From NCBI GenBank assembly GCA_038133505.1, contig JAYPTI010000003.1, forward strand, positions 1 through 52,655: a stretch of 52,655 nt of DNA, in the 5' to 3' direction. Source of the DNA: Alphaproteobacteria bacterium. GTDB lineage: Bacteria; Pseudomonadota; Alphaproteobacteria; MPNO01; UBA830. The translations under genes were made by a program, and so were the position numbers. Under the pieces are notes generated by a model. The model was not told the origin of the DNA. It was given only the letters and a program-made list of their open reading frames with translations, and ran no database searches. Position 1 is the first letter of the stretch. Each line of letters begins with the position of its first letter. This document shows positions 1 to 11,357 of the stretch, piece by piece.

Positions 1-1092
1 GCGGATACCGGCATCCAGCGGAACTGGAACGCGCTCGATTCCATCGAGATGGTGCCGCGCTACGGGCGCGTGATCGAGCCGCCGCCGGTGAACACCACGA
101 TCCTCGGCAAGGAATACGCGGCGCCGGTCGGGGTCGCGCCGGTCGGCGGGCCGGGCACCGCCTACCCGGGCGCCGAAATCTATCTGGCGAAGGCGGCGCA
201 GGCGGCGAACGTGCCCTATACGCTCGGCGTTCTGTCGGGCATCGATATCGAGGAAGCGGCGGAGATCGCGCCCGACGTGCTGTGGCTCCAGCTCTATCGC
301 TTCCATCGCGAGGATCACAAGATCGGGCTCGACCTCGTACGCCGCGCAGAAGCGGCCGGCGTCAACGTGCTCGTCCTCACGATCGACACGCCGACGCGGA
401 CCACGCGGCCGCGCGAGGTGAAGAGCGGCATCATGAACCCGTTCAAGCTGACCATGCGCCTCAAGCTCGACGCGATGCGCTCGCCGCACTGGATGAGCGC
501 GCTGTCGCGCAACGGCATTCCAAAGTTCGTTTCGCTCGCGCCCTACATGAAGCCCGGCGTGAGCATCGCCGAGGCGGCCGCCTTCATCCGGCGCGAGAGC
601 GGGGGCGCCTTCACCTGGGACGAGATCGCGCGCTACCGCGACAAGTGGAAGAAGCCGCTGGTCATCAAGGGCATCATGCATCCCGAAGACGCGGAACGCG
701 CCATCGAGCTCGGCCTCGACGGCATGTTCGTCACCAACCACGGCGGCCGCCAGATCGACGCGCTGCCGGCGCCCATCGACGTCCTGCCCGAGATCGCGCG
801 CCAGGTGAACGGCCGCGCCGCGATCATCTACGATTCCGGTGTCCGGTCCGGCACCGATGCCGCGCGCGCGGTGGCGCTCGGGGCGGATGCGGCGTTCGCC
901 GGCAAGGCGTTCCTGTGGAGCCTCGGCGCGCTCGGCGGGCACGGGCCTGCGCACCTGATCGACCTGCTGATGGACGATCTCAGCGCGACGCTCGGCCAGC
1001 TCGGCTGCAATACGGTCGACGAGCTCAAGGCGGTCGCCGTTCGTCAGCGGAGCGCCTATGGAGCGGAGGACTTCGCCGGCCGCGCGGCCTGA
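1..1092 (+). CDS. FMN-dependent alpha-hydroxy-acid dehydrogenase (L-lactate dehydrogenase/glycolate oxidase family), 5' end cut by window edge
   Basis: ORF 49..1092. The same frame stays open back to nt 1 (ADTGIQRNWNALDSIE-MVPRYG). Family-typical TIDTP, FVTNHGGRQ and DSGVRSG motifs are present. Confidence 0.85.
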   Translation, partial: ADTGIQRNWNALDSIEMVPRYGRVIEPPPVNTTILGKEYAAPVGVAPVGGPGTAYPGAEIYLAKAAQAANVPYTLGVLSGIDIEEAAEIAPDVLWLQLYRFHREDHKIGLDLVRRAEAAGVNVLVLTIDTPTRTTRPREVKSGIMNPFKLTMRLKLDAMRSPHWMSALSRNGIPKFVSLAPYMKPGVSIAEAAAFIRRESGGAFTWDEIARYRDKWKKPLVIKGIMHPEDAERAIELGLDGMFVTNHGGRQIDALPAPIDVLPEIARQVNGRAAIIYDSGVRSGTDAARAVALGADAAFAGKAFLWSLGALGGHGPAHLIDLLMDDLSATLGQLGCNTVDELKAVAVRQRSAYGAEDFAGRAA

Positions 1093-1182
1093 CGGCGCCT
1101 CCGGTCGTATGGACGCCCTACCGGCCCTGCGATAAGTTCCCCGCCAACCACGAAAATCCGACACGACGGAGGCGACGGGACG

Positions 1183-2709
1183 ATGGAAAAGTATCAGCTT
1201 TATATCGGCGGTAAGTTCCGCGACGCGGAAGGCGGCGCGAGCAAGCCGACACTCAATCCCTATAACGGCGAGGCCATCGCCGAGATCCCCGTCGCCAGCG
1301 AGGCCGATGCGCTCGACGCCATCGCCGCCGCGCGCGATGCATTCGACAACGGCCCGTGGCCGCGCATGCGGGGCGAAGAGCGCAGCGCGATCATCGGCGC
1401 GCTCTCCGCCAAGATGAAGGAGCGCCAGAAGGATCTCGCCCGTCTGGAATCGCTCGATTCCGGCGGCACGATCGCCAAGACCGGCGCGGATGCCTATCTC
1501 GCCCAGCGCCAGATGGGCTATTTCGGCCAGATGGCCGTGAACTACAATCAGGAGCCCCAGGAAATCGAGGGCATGTCGCGGCCCGGCCGGTCGTACAACT
1601 ACACGATCCGCGAGCCCATCGGCGTCTGCGCGTCAATCATTCCGTGGAACTTCCCGCTGCTGATGGCGGTCTGGAAGCTCGGCCCGGCGCTCGCGACCGG
1701 CAACACGATCGTGCTCAAGCCCGCATCCGACACGCCGCTGTCGGCCATGGAGCTTGCCCGCATCGTCGACGAGTGCGGCTTCCCGCCCGGCGTGGTCAAC
1801 ATCATCTCCGGGCCCGGCGGAAAGATCGGCGAGGTACTGACGACCAGTCCCGACGTCGACAAGGTGGCGTTTACCGGCTCGACAGAGGTCGGCAAGGACA
1901 TCATGCAGAAGGCGGCGGGCACGCTGAAGAAGGTGACGCTCGAATGCGGCGGCAAGTCGGCCAACATCGTGCTGCACGACGCCAACTGGGACATCGCGAT
2001 CGACGGCTCGATTTTCGCGTCTTTCTATCATCAGGGCCAGGTCTGCGAATCCGGCACGCGGCTGCTGCTGCCCGCAGCGCAGCACGACGAGTTCGTCGAA
2101 AAGATGGTCGCCAAGCTCAATGCGATGCCGATGGGCGATCCGCTCGACCCCGCTACCAAGGTCGGCCCGGTCGTTTCCGAGGGCCATATGAAGACGGTCC
2201 TCGACTACATCGAGAAGGGCAAGGCCGAGGGTGCGACGCTCGCCTGCGGTGGCGAACGCGCGACAGACGGTGGTCTTGCGCAGGGCTTTTTCGTTCGGCC
2301 GACGGTCTTCACCGACGTCACCAACGACATGACCATCGCGCAGGAGGAAATCTTCGGACCCGTCCTGTGCGTCATGAAGTACGACAGCGAGGACGAGGCG
2401 GTCGCGATCGCCAACGATTCCATCTTCGGGCTCGGCGGCGGCGTCTGGTCGGAGGATATCGACCGCGCCCGCGCCGTTGCCGGCCGGATGCGGACGGGCA
2501 CGGTGTGGATCAACGACTGGCATCTCCTGTCCGAGCAGATGCCCTTCGGCGGCTACAAGCAGTCCGGTATCGGCCGCGAATTCGGCGAGGTCGGCCTGAA
2601 CGAATACACCGAGATCAAGGCGCTCCACGTCGACGACGCCAAGACCCGCGAAAACAAGCCCTGGTACGACATGCTCGTGCCGCAGGAAAAGACGGACGCC
2701 GCGGAATAG
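1183..2709 (+). CDS. NAD(P)-dependent aldehyde dehydrogenase
   Basis: 508 aa with FTGSTEVGK, LECGGKS and catalytic QGQVCESGTR motifs. GGAGG lies upstream of the ATG. Confidence 0.93.
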   Translation: MEKYQLYIGGKFRDAEGGASKPTLNPYNGEAIAEIPVASEADALDAIAAARDAFDNGPWPRMRGEERSAIIGALSAKMKERQKDLARLESLDSGGTIAKTGADAYLAQRQMGYFGQMAVNYNQEPQEIEGMSRPGRSYNYTIREPIGVCASIIPWNFPLLMAVWKLGPALATGNTIVLKPASDTPLSAMELARIVDECGFPPGVVNIISGPGGKIGEVLTTSPDVDKVAFTGSTEVGKDIMQKAAGTLKKVTLECGGKSANIVLHDANWDIAIDGSIFASFYHQGQVCESGTRLLLPAAQHDEFVEKMVAKLNAMPMGDPLDPATKVGPVVSEGHMKTVLDYIEKGKAEGATLACGGERATDGGLAQGFFVRPTVFTDVTNDMTIAQEEIFGPVLCVMKYDSEDEAVAIANDSIFGLGGGVWSEDIDRARAVAGRMRTGTVWINDWHLLSEQMPFGGYKQSGIGREFGEVGLNEYTEIKALHVDDAKTRENKPWYDMLVPQEKTDAAE

Positions 2710-2740
2710 CGCGCACCGGCAACGAAGGAAAGAAGGACAC

Positions 2741-3721
2741 ATGATCAAAGCAGCGATCGTCGGGATGGGCCGTTGGGGCCAGACCCTCGTCAACTCCGTC
2801 GACGGTAGCGACGAGATAAAATTCGTCGCCGGCAACACGCGGACCCTCTCGAAGGTCGAGGACTACGCGGCCGAAAAGGGCATCCGCCTGTTCGACAGCT
2901 ACGACGACCTGATCGCCGACGCGGACGTCGATGCCGTCGTGCTGGCCTCGCCGCACTCTGTGCATTTCGAGCAGATCATGAAAGCTGCCGATGCCGGAAA
3001 GCACGTCTTCTGCGAGAAGCCGTTCACGCTCAAGGGCGACGAGGCGCGCACCGCGCTCGACGCGCTCGCCTCGAAGGGCCTCAAGGTCGCCATCGGCCAC
3101 AACCGGCGCTTTTCGCCGAACGCCCGGATGCTCAAGAAGATGATCGACGCCGGCGAGCTGGGCGACATGATCCAGATCGAGGGCAACTTCTCCGCCAACA
3201 TGGCCGCCTATGACGGCGAATGGCGCGCCAGCCGCGAGGAAAGCCCGGCCGGCGGCATGACGTCGCTCGGGATCCATTCGGTCGACATGTACATCAACCT
3301 GTTCGGCCGCATCGACGGCGTCCAGACGATCTCCAAGCGCGTCGCGATCCCCTACGACATCGACGACGCGACCGCGATCCTGATGGAATTCGAGAGCGGT
3401 CAGGTTGGCTATCTCGGCACCGTGGCGGCGACCGGGACGCTCTGGCAGGTCCGCGCCTTCGGGACCAAGGGCTGGGGCTGCATCTTCGCCCACGACAGCT
3501 TCACCGCGCAGAAGACCGACGGCACCTTCATCGACGAATCCTGGGAAGGCTACGCCTATCCGGGCATGAAGACGATTGCGGCCGGGCTGGAAACGTTTGC
3601 GGGTTCCATCGAGGGCGGCGCGCCGTTCCCGGTCACGCCCGACCAGATCCAGCACGGCACGGCGGTGCTCGAGGCGATCATCGAGTCGGCGGAGACCGGG
3701 AAGAAGGTGTCCGTCGGCTGA
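2741..3721 (+). CDS. Gfo/Idh/MocA family oxidoreductase
   Basis: N-terminal Rossmann fold (AIVGMGRWG) and EKP motif (FCEKPF). Strong RBS (aaggaaagaagga). Sits 31 nt after the aldehyde dehydrogenase. Confidence 0.88.
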   Translation: MIKAAIVGMGRWGQTLVNSVDGSDEIKFVAGNTRTLSKVEDYAAEKGIRLFDSYDDLIADADVDAVVLASPHSVHFEQIMKAADAGKHVFCEKPFTLKGDEARTALDALASKGLKVAIGHNRRFSPNARMLKKMIDAGELGDMIQIEGNFSANMAAYDGEWRASREESPAGGMTSLGIHSVDMYINLFGRIDGVQTISKRVAIPYDIDDATAILMEFESGQVGYLGTVAATGTLWQVRAFGTKGWGCIFAHDSFTAQKTDGTFIDESWEGYAYPGMKTIAAGLETFAGSIEGGAPFPVTPDQIQHGTAVLEAIIESAETGKKVSVG

Positions 3722-3736
3722 CGCCCGCCGCCGGGC

Positions 3737-4120
3737 TCACGCGTCCGGCGGTTTCGGGGTAAACAGGATCATCGCCATGCCGACCAGCGCGAACAGCGCG
3801 CCGGTCGCGAGGATCACCACCTCGACGTTGAGGGGCTTGCCGCTCGAGACGTTCCGGATGACGAGGAACAGCTGCGCCGCCGCGACGCTCGCGCCGAGGA
3901 AGCAGACAGCCGACGCCGGGTAGCGCACCCACCAGGCGCGCGGGTTCGGGAACATCAGCAGGATGCCGGCGATGCCGATGGCAGTCCGCTGGGTGCGGCA
4001 ATAGACGCATTCGAAGACCAGTCCCGTCAGGTCCATCCACCAGGTGACGATGCAGACCGCCAGCGCCACCGCACCGAGAATGCGGATGTGACGGGTCAGC
4101 AGACTGTAGAGCGTATCCAT
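3737..4120 (-). CDS. small DsbB-family-like membrane thiol oxidoreductase (4 predicted TM, single CxxC)
   Basis: 127 aa with four hydrophobic segments. The motif ECVYCRTQR matches the DsbB first-loop signature C-x-x-C-x-x-(E/Q)-R. There is no second periplasmic Cys pair. Confidence 0.6.
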   Translation of the reverse strand: MDTLYSLLTRHIRILGAVALAVCIVTWWMDLTGLVFECVYCRTQRTAIGIAGILLMFPNPRAWWVRYPASAVCFLGASVAAAQLFLVIRNVSSGKPLNVEVVILATGALFALVGMAMILFTPKPPDA

Positions 4121-4293
4121 CGTCGGGTCCCTCCGAAGCCGTTCCTTTCACTTTGGGACGAATCGCGGCCGCCGGGCAACGGCCCTTGCAACGCCCGGAT
4201 CACCGCAACGTGACGGTTCGGCTGTTGCACCGAGTCGCCCGATCTGGCCGAATTGGCATGAGAGTCCCGATGGGTATCCGGGGAGAGGCGGCG

Positions 4294-5310
<1,017 letters not shown>

Positions 5311-5416
5311 GAAATCGCGCAGTCCCCGCGAACAGGCGTTTTGCGTAAACGCGTCTCCAAACCGTCAGTGCGTTCGCCTATACTCCGCGTCCGCCCCTAA
5401 CCGGAGATCGCGCCGT

Positions 5417-7477
5417 ATGCCGCTCGATATCGCCCATTCCGTCTGCCCGCATGATTGCGCCAGCACCTGCACGCTCGATATCGAGCTCGAATCTCCCCAG
5501 AAGATCCGGCGCGTGCGGGGTTCGGAAGACAACAGCTATACCGCGGGCGTCGTCTGCGCGAAGGTCGCGCGATATGCCGAGCGCATTCACCACCCGGCGC
5601 GGCTGACGCAACCGCTGCGCCGCAAGGGCGCCAAGTCCGCATCGTCGACCCTCGCCGATTTCGAGCCGATCTCGTGGGACGACGCGCTCGACATCGTCGC
5701 CGAGGCCTATACCAAAGCCGCCCAGGCGCACGGGTCCGAGACGGTCTGGCTCTACGGCTATGCCGGGACGATGGGCAAGCTGCAGCGCGACATCATCCAG
5801 GGCATGCGCAACGCGATGGGCTATTCGCGCCAGCACAACACGATCTGCTCGTCGATCATGCTCGCCGGCATGAAAGCGGGCGTCGGCGCGCAGCGCGGCA
5901 GCGATCCGCGCGATTTCGCCGAGGCCGACCTGATCGTCATGTGGGGCTCGAACCCGGTCTATACGCAGGTCAACCTGATGAACCACATCGGACGGGCCCG
6001 GAAGGAGCGCGGCGCGCGGATTATCGCGATCGACCCCTACCGCACCGCGACGGCGCAGCAGGCGGACATGCATATCCAGCCGAAACCCGGCACCGATGCG
6101 GCCCTCGCCGTCGCCGTGATGCACATCCTGTTCCGCGACGGCCACGCCGACCGCGACTACATGGCCCGTTACACCGACGATCCGGCTGCCCTCGAGGCGC
6201 ACGTTGCGACGCGCGGGCCCAACTGGGCGTCCGAGATCACGGGCGTGTCCGTTGCCGAGATCGAGTTGCTGGCGAGAGAATACGGCACCACCGAGCGGGC
6301 GATGATCCGGATGGGCTACGGGTTCTCCCGGTCGCGCAACGGCGCCTCCGGGCTGCACGCTGTCAGCTGCCTGCCCGCCGTCCGTGGCGCCTGGAAGCAT
6401 CGCGGCGCCGGGCTCTACGGTTCGGTCGGCCAGACGTTCCGGATCGACAATACCGTCGTCACCGGCGTCGACGATCCGAACGCCCGCATCCTCGACATGT
6501 CGCAGCTCGGCCCGATCCTCGACGGTGACACGGCGCCGCTCAACGGCGGCCCGCCGGTCACGGCGATGATGGTTCAGAGCTCGAATCCCGCCGTCGTCGC
6601 GCCGGAATCGGGCCGCGTCCGTCGCGGACTGCTGCGCGACGACATGTTCCTCTGCGTCCACGAGCAGTTCCTGACCGACACGGCGAAGCTCGCCGACATC
6701 GTGCTGCCGGCGACGATGTTCCTCGAGCACGACGATCTCTACACGTCCTACGGACACACCTATCTTCAGATCGGTCCCAAGGTTCTCGAGCCTTACGCGC
6801 AGACGCGGAGCAACCACGCCATGTTCAGCGCGCTCGCAAGTCGGCTCGGCGCGAAGCAGCGCGTGTTCGAAATGTCGGACTGGGAAGCCATCGACGAAAT
6901 TCTGTCCGCTTCGGGTTATTGCAGCGCCGACGAGCTGAAGAAAAAGCGCTTCATCGACATCGGTCCCGGCTTCGAGGAATGCAATTTCCTGAACGGCTTT
7001 CCGCAGCCCGACGGAAAGTTCCATTTCCGGGCCGACTGGAAGGCGCTGGGGCCCGACCATCTGTCGCTCCCCGAGCTGCCGGATTTCTGCGACATCATCG
7101 ACGAGCCCGACGAAAACCGTCCGTTCCGTCTCGTCACCGCGCCGTCGCGCAACTATCTCAATACGAGCTTTACCGAGACGGAAACCTCCATCGCCCGCGA
7201 GGCGCGGCCCACGGTGATGCTGCACCCCTCCGATTGCGAAGAGCTCGGCCTGGTCGACGGCGACCGTGCACGGATCGGCAACGACCGCGGCGACCTGGTG
7301 CTGCACGTCGAGCCGTATGACGGGGTCAAGCGCGGCGTTGCCGTCGTCGAGAGCATCTGGCCGAACGAAGCGTTCGAGGAGGGGATCGGCATCAATCTGC
7401 TCACCAGCGCCGATCCCGGCGCGCCTAACGGCGGCGCGGTCTTCCACGATACCGCGATCTGGGTCCGCGCCGCCTGA
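5417..7477 (+). CDS. molybdopterin-dependent oxidoreductase (MopB superfamily) with N-terminal 4Fe-4S Cys cluster
   Basis: 686 aa. N-terminal CPHDCASTC...C motif, then molybdopterin oxidoreductase-like body and a C-terminal beta-barrel-like domain (RPTVMLHPSDCEELGL). Confidence 0.85.
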   Translation: MPLDIAHSVCPHDCASTCTLDIELESPQKIRRVRGSEDNSYTAGVVCAKVARYAERIHHPARLTQPLRRKGAKSASSTLADFEPISWDDALDIVAEAYTKAAQAHGSETVWLYGYAGTMGKLQRDIIQGMRNAMGYSRQHNTICSSIMLAGMKAGVGAQRGSDPRDFAEADLIVMWGSNPVYTQVNLMNHIGRARKERGARIIAIDPYRTATAQQADMHIQPKPGTDAALAVAVMHILFRDGHADRDYMARYTDDPAALEAHVATRGPNWASEITGVSVAEIELLAREYGTTERAMIRMGYGFSRSRNGASGLHAVSCLPAVRGAWKHRGAGLYGSVGQTFRIDNTVVTGVDDPNARILDMSQLGPILDGDTAPLNGGPPVTAMMVQSSNPAVVAPESGRVRRGLLRDDMFLCVHEQFLTDTAKLADIVLPATMFLEHDDLYTSYGHTYLQIGPKVLEPYAQTRSNHAMFSALASRLGAKQRVFEMSDWEAIDEILSASGYCSADELKKKRFIDIGPGFEECNFLNGFPQPDGKFHFRADWKALGPDHLSLPELPDFCDIIDEPDENRPFRLVTAPSRNYLNTSFTETETSIAREARPTVMLHPSDCEELGLVDGDRARIGNDRGDLVLHVEPYDGVKRGVAVVESIWPNEAFEEGIGINLLTSADPGAPNGGAVFHDTAIWVRAA

Positions 7478-7564
7478 CGCGTCGCCCGACCGGTCTCCGA
7501 AGCTGCTGGCAAACCCCCTTCAGGGGTATTATCTCAGTAAGACGAACCACGAGCGGAAGGAACC

Positions 7565-8278
7565 ATGTCCGCAGACCGCGGCGACAACCGTCTGCCGTCT
7601 AAGTCGAACAGCAGTCAGGTCGCCGATTTTCTCGCCAAAGTGGCCGCGACGCCGACCGTGCGGTCGGCGTCGGGACGCGGCCGGCTAATGTTCGCCATGG
7701 ACGCGACGGCGAGCCGCGAGCCGACTTGGGACCGGGCCTGCCATCTCCAGGCGGAGATGTTCCAGGCGACGGACGGGCTCGGCGGGCTCGATGTCCAGCT
7801 CGTCTTCTATCGCGGGTTCGGGGAGTGCAAGTCGAGCCCGTGGGTGTCTACGTCCGACGAGCTGGTCAGCCGCATGGTTAAGGTCCGCTGCCTCGGCGGG
7901 CGTACCCAGCTGCGCAAGGTGCTGCGCCACGCGATCAAGGCCACCGACCAGAAGCGCGTCAACGCGCTGGTCTTCGTCGGTGACTGCTTCGAGGAGGAGA
8001 TCGACGAGGTCTGCGACGCGGCGGGAGAACTCGGCGTGCGCGGCGTTCCCGCCTTCCTGTTTCAGGAGGGTAACGATCCGATCGCGACGTCCGCGTTTCG
8101 CCAGATCGCCCGCCTGACGGGCGGCGCGCACTGCAGCTTCGACCTGTCATCCGCGGCGCAGCTTCGAGAACTGCTCAGCGCCGTTGCCGTGTTCGCGGCG
8201 GGCGGCCGCATCGCGCTGGAGAATTATTCGAAGCGTGGCGGCGAGGCCGTCCGCATGATCACGAGCCAGCTCCGGTAG
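7565..8278 (+). CDS. VWA (von Willebrand A) domain-containing protein, cytoplasmic
   Basis: 237 aa with a MIDAS-like motif (FAMDATAS) and Rossmann-like alternating pattern. No signal peptide. RBS gaagga. Confidence 0.7.
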   Translation: MSADRGDNRLPSKSNSSQVADFLAKVAATPTVRSASGRGRLMFAMDATASREPTWDRACHLQAEMFQATDGLGGLDVQLVFYRGFGECKSSPWVSTSDELVSRMVKVRCLGGRTQLRKVLRHAIKATDQKRVNALVFVGDCFEEEIDEVCDAAGELGVRGVPAFLFQEGNDPIATSAFRQIARLTGGAHCSFDLSSAAQLRELLSAVAVFAAGGRIALENYSKRGGEAVRMITSQLR

Positions 8279-8284
8279 GCTTCG

Positions 8285-9001
8285 ATGCCGTATTTCCTGC
8301 TCGGGCTCGCGGTCGTCGTCGGCGTCTATCTGATCTATCTCGGCATGAAGCGGAGCAATCCGCAGAACGTCCGGAAAATGCTCGCGGGCGTGATATTCGC
8401 GGTCGCTTTCGTAGTGCTCGGGTTCCTCGCCGCAACAGGACGATTCGGGCCGCTCGGCTGGGCGGTCCTCGCGCTGCCGCTGCTGATGCGGTGGCGCAAT
8501 ATTGCGCAAGCCATGCGCAACATGGGCGGACCGACGCCGGGCCGCAACTCCGACGTCGAGACCCGCTATCTCCGGATGACGCTCGAACATGACAGCGGCG
8601 TGTTGCGCGGGACCGTGCTCGCCGGCGCACACAAGGGACGCAATCTCGACGAGATGCCGCTCGACGATCTGCTGGACCTGCTGCGCGAGTGCCGGGTGAA
8701 CGACCCGGAATCGGCGACCATCCTCGAATCCTATCTCGACCGCGTCCATGGCGCGGACTGGCGCGGTGCGGGCGGAGGCGACGATGCCGGGACCGGCGGC
8801 GGCAGGGCAAGGGCGTCGTCCGGCGGCATGACCCGCGAACAGGCATACGAGATCCTCGGCCTCGAGCCCGGAGCGTCGCCCGACGAAATCCGCGAGGCCC
8901 ACCGGAATCTCCTGAAGGCCAATCACCCCGATCGCGGCGGATCCACCTGGCTTGCCGCGCAGATCAATCTCGCCAAGGATATCCTTCTTCCCGGCAACTA
9001 G
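8285..9001 (+). CDS. membrane-anchored J-domain (DnaJ-like) protein
   Basis: 238 aa. N-terminal hydrophobic segments, a Gly-rich linker and a C-terminal J domain ([32 protein letters not shown]). Starts 6 nt after the VWA stop. Confidence 0.82.
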   Translation: MPYFLLGLAVVVGVYLIYLGMKRSNPQNVRKMLAGVIFAVAFVVLGFLAATGRFGPLGWAVLALPLLMRWRNIAQAMRNMGGPTPGRNSDVETRYLRMTLEHDSGVLRGTVLAGAHKGRNLDEMPLDDLLDLLRECRVNDPESATILESYLDRVHGADWRGAGGGDDAGTGGGRARASSGGMTREQAYEILGLEPGASPDEIREAHRNLLKANHPDRGGSTWLAAQINLAKDILLPGN

Positions 9002-9132
9002 GCCCCCCGATCCGGCGCAATTTGCCGCGCCCGCCTTGCGTCTCAAGGGGGGGGCGTGGCAAATAGAGCGCCTGAAAACGATGCGCGGGCGTCACGATCC
9101 CGCGCCGGCACCGTTCCCATCGCGAGGCGGCC

Positions 9133-10017
9133 TTGAAGAAGAAAATCAGAAAAGCAGTCTTTCCCGTGGGCGGTCTCGGAACGCGCTTTCTGCCCGTCAC
9201 CAAGGCGATGCCGAAGGAAATGCTCCCGGTCGTCGACAAGCCGTTGATCCAGTATGCGGTCGAGGAAGCGCTCGCCGCGGGGGTCGAGGAGATCATCTTC
9301 GTCACCGGCCGCGGCAAGGAAGCGATCGAGGACTTCTTCGACTTCAGCTATGAGCTCGGCCAGGTTCTGCAGCAGCGCGGCAAGGATGCGGAACTGAGGA
9401 CGATCAACATTCCCGTCCTCGAGCCGGGCCGTGTGGCCTATACCCGCCAGCAGGAGCCCCTCGGGCTTGGGCACGCGGTGTGGTGCGCCCGCGGACTGGT
9501 CGGCAACGAGCCGTTCGCCGTCCTGCTCGCCGACGATCTCGTCATGGCGGATACGCCGTGCCTGAAACAGCTCGTCGACGTCTACGAAGAGACCGACGGC
9601 AACGTCGTCGCCGTCATGGACGTGCCGAGGGAACACACCAACCGGTACGGAATCCTGGACGTCGGCAAGGACGACGGCAGGCTCGCGGAGATCAAGGGCC
9701 TCGTCGAAAAGCCCGATCCGGCGAAAGCGCCGTCGACGCTCAGCATCATCGGGCGCTATCTCCTCCTGCCGGAGGTTTTCGATTACCTCGACGAACGCAA
9801 GCGCGGCGCGGGGGACGAGATTCAACTGACGGATTCCATGGCCCGGATGATCGGACAGCAGCCCTTCCACGGACTGCGTTTCGAGGGCGAGCGTTTCGAC
9901 TGCGGGGACAAGGCGGGGTTTTTCGAGGCGAATGTCGCGTTCGCGCTGGCACGACCCGATCTGAGCGAGGATATCTCCCGGATCGTTCGTGAATACGCGG
10001 AGCGGCTGAGCTCATAA
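9133..10017 (+). CDS. galU: UTP--glucose-1-phosphate uridylyltransferase
   Basis: TTG start. AVFPVGGLGTRFLPVTKAMPKEMLP signature. Confidence 0.95.
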   Translation: MKKKIRKAVFPVGGLGTRFLPVTKAMPKEMLPVVDKPLIQYAVEEALAAGVEEIIFVTGRGKEAIEDFFDFSYELGQVLQQRGKDAELRTINIPVLEPGRVAYTRQQEPLGLGHAVWCARGLVGNEPFAVLLADDLVMADTPCLKQLVDVYEETDGNVVAVMDVPREHTNRYGILDVGKDDGRLAEIKGLVEKPDPAKAPSTLSIIGRYLLLPEVFDYLDERKRGAGDEIQLTDSMARMIGQQPFHGLRFEGERFDCGDKAGFFEANVAFALARPDLSEDISRIVREYAERLSS

Positions 10018-10031
10018 CGAGAGGGTAATCC

Positions 10032-11357
10032 ATGCGTATCGCCATGATCGGAACCGGTTACGTCGGCTTGGTTTCCGGCGCCTGTTTCTCCGAGTTCGGG
10101 ACCGAGGTGGTCTGCGTCGACAAGGACGCCGACAAGATCGCCCGGCTGAAGGCGGGCCAGATTCCGATCTATGAGCCCGGTCTTGAGGATCTCGTCGAGA
10201 AGAACGTCGCGGCCGGCCGCCTGTCCTTCACGACCGTTCTTTCCGAAGCGGTGGCGGGCGCCGACGCGGTCTTCATCGCCGTCGGCACGCCCAGCCGTCG
10301 CGGCGACGGCCATGCCGATCTCTCCTACGTCTACGCCGCTGCCAAGGAAATCGCCGAGGCGATGGACGGCTACACGGTGATCGTGACCAAATCGACGGTT
10401 CCGGTCGGTACCGGGGCGGAGGTATGGAAGATCGTCTCCGATGCGCGGCCCGACGCGGAGTTCGGCGTCGCGTCGAATCCGGAATTCCTCCGCGAGGGCT
10501 CGGCGATCGAGGATTTCATGCGCCCCGATCGGGTCGTGATCGGTTCCGAATCCGAGCGCGCCTCGGAAGTGCTGCGCCACCTCTACCGGCCGCTGTATCT
10601 GCTCGAGACGCCGATCCTGTTCACCAAGATCGAGACGGCGGAATTGATCAAGTACGCTGCGAACACGTTTCTCGCTGCCAAGATCACCTTCATCAACGAA
10701 ATCGCGAACCTGTGCGAGAAGGTCGGGGCGAACGTTCAGGACGTGGCGCGCGGCATCGGCCTCGACGGCCGGATCGGCGGCAAGTTCCTGCATGCGGGGC
10801 CCGGCTACGGCGGCTCGTGCTTCCCCAAGGATACGCTCGCGCTGGTGAAGACGGCGCAGGATCATGGCGCGCCGCTCCGCATCATCGAGACCGTCGTCGA
10901 CGTCAACGCCAAGCGGAAGACGGAGATGGCGGAGAAGGTGATCCAGGCGTGCGGCGGTTCCGTCGACGGCATGACGATCGCGGTCCTCGGGCTGACCTTC
11001 AAGCCCAACACCGACGACATGCGCGACAGCCCCAGCCTCGACATCGTCCCGGCGCTGCAGAAGGCCGGCGCCACGGTCCGCGCCTTCGATCCGGAGGGCA
11101 TGGAGGAGGCGGAACACATGCTTCCCGGCGTGATTTTCTGCAAGGATGCCTATGACGCGATGGAGGGCGCCGACGCGCTCGCGATCGTCACCGAATGGAA
11201 CGAATTCCGTCTTCTGGATCTCGCGCGGGTAAAGAACCTGCTCTCTCGGCCGCTGATGATCGACCTCCGGAACATCTACAAGAGCGACGAGCTGCTCGAC
11301 GCGGGCTTCGACTATTACAGCGTCGGGCGCGCCCCCGTGTTCGGGGCGACCGGCTGA
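10032..11357 (+). CDS. ugd: UDP-glucose 6-dehydrogenase
   Basis: [17 protein letters not shown]-binding motif and catalytic GGSCFPKD. Confidence 0.95.
   Translation: MRIAMIGTGYVGLVSGACFSEFGTEVVCVDKDADKIARLKAGQIPIYEPGLEDLVEKNVAAGRLSFTTVLSEAVAGADAVFIAVGTPSRRGDGHADLSYVYAAAKEIAEAMDGYTVIVTKSTVPVGTGAEVWKIVSDARPDAEFGVASNPEFLREGSAIEDFMRPDRVVIGSESERASEVLRHLYRPLYLLETPILFTKIETAELIKYAANTFLAAKITFINEIANLCEKVGANVQDVARGIGLDGRIGGKFLHAGPGYGGSCFPKDTLALVKTAQDHGAPLRIIETVVDVNAKRKTEMAEKVIQACGGSVDGMTIAVLGLTFKPNTDDMRDSPSLDIVPALQKAGATVRAFDPEGMEEAEHMLPGVIFCKDAYDAMEGADALAIVTEWNEFRLLDLARVKNLLSRPLMIDLRNIYKSDELLDAGFDYYSVGRAPVFGATG

Noticed and set aside
5311-5416. Possible Moco riboswitch upstream of the molybdopterin oxidoreductase gene
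   Set aside because: The spacer is only 106 nt. I could not recognise the multi-helix Moco architecture or its conserved blocks, only a weak 6-bp hairpin (gcgttt/aaacgc). A cmsearch with the Rfam Moco model would settle it.
5378-7447. 689-aa minus-strand ORF opposite the molybdopterin oxidoreductase gene
   Set aside because: It is an antisense shadow of a strongly motif-supported plus-strand gene. Its composition is Arg/Ala/Gly/Asp/Val-rich with no recognisable domain, as expected from high GC3 on the opposite strand.
9020-9064. 12-bp inverted repeat with one mismatch (atttgccgcgcc / ggcgtggcaaat, 21-nt loop) after the J-domain gene
   Set aside because: It could be a weak terminator or structural hairpin. 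It has a mismatch, a large loop and no U-tract, so it is not strong enough to call.
11195-11356. Upstream extensions given by the ORF track for several genes, e.g. 11195 for the mutase, 20699 for the DUF482 gene, 28142 for maiA, 41638 for the S1C-like gene, 31407 for the GGT-like gene, 4153 for the DUF3179 gene
   Set aside because: The extensions overlap the preceding gene, lack an RBS and encode Arg-rich non-homologous sequence. Internal starts give canonical N-termini, signal peptides and stop/start coupling.
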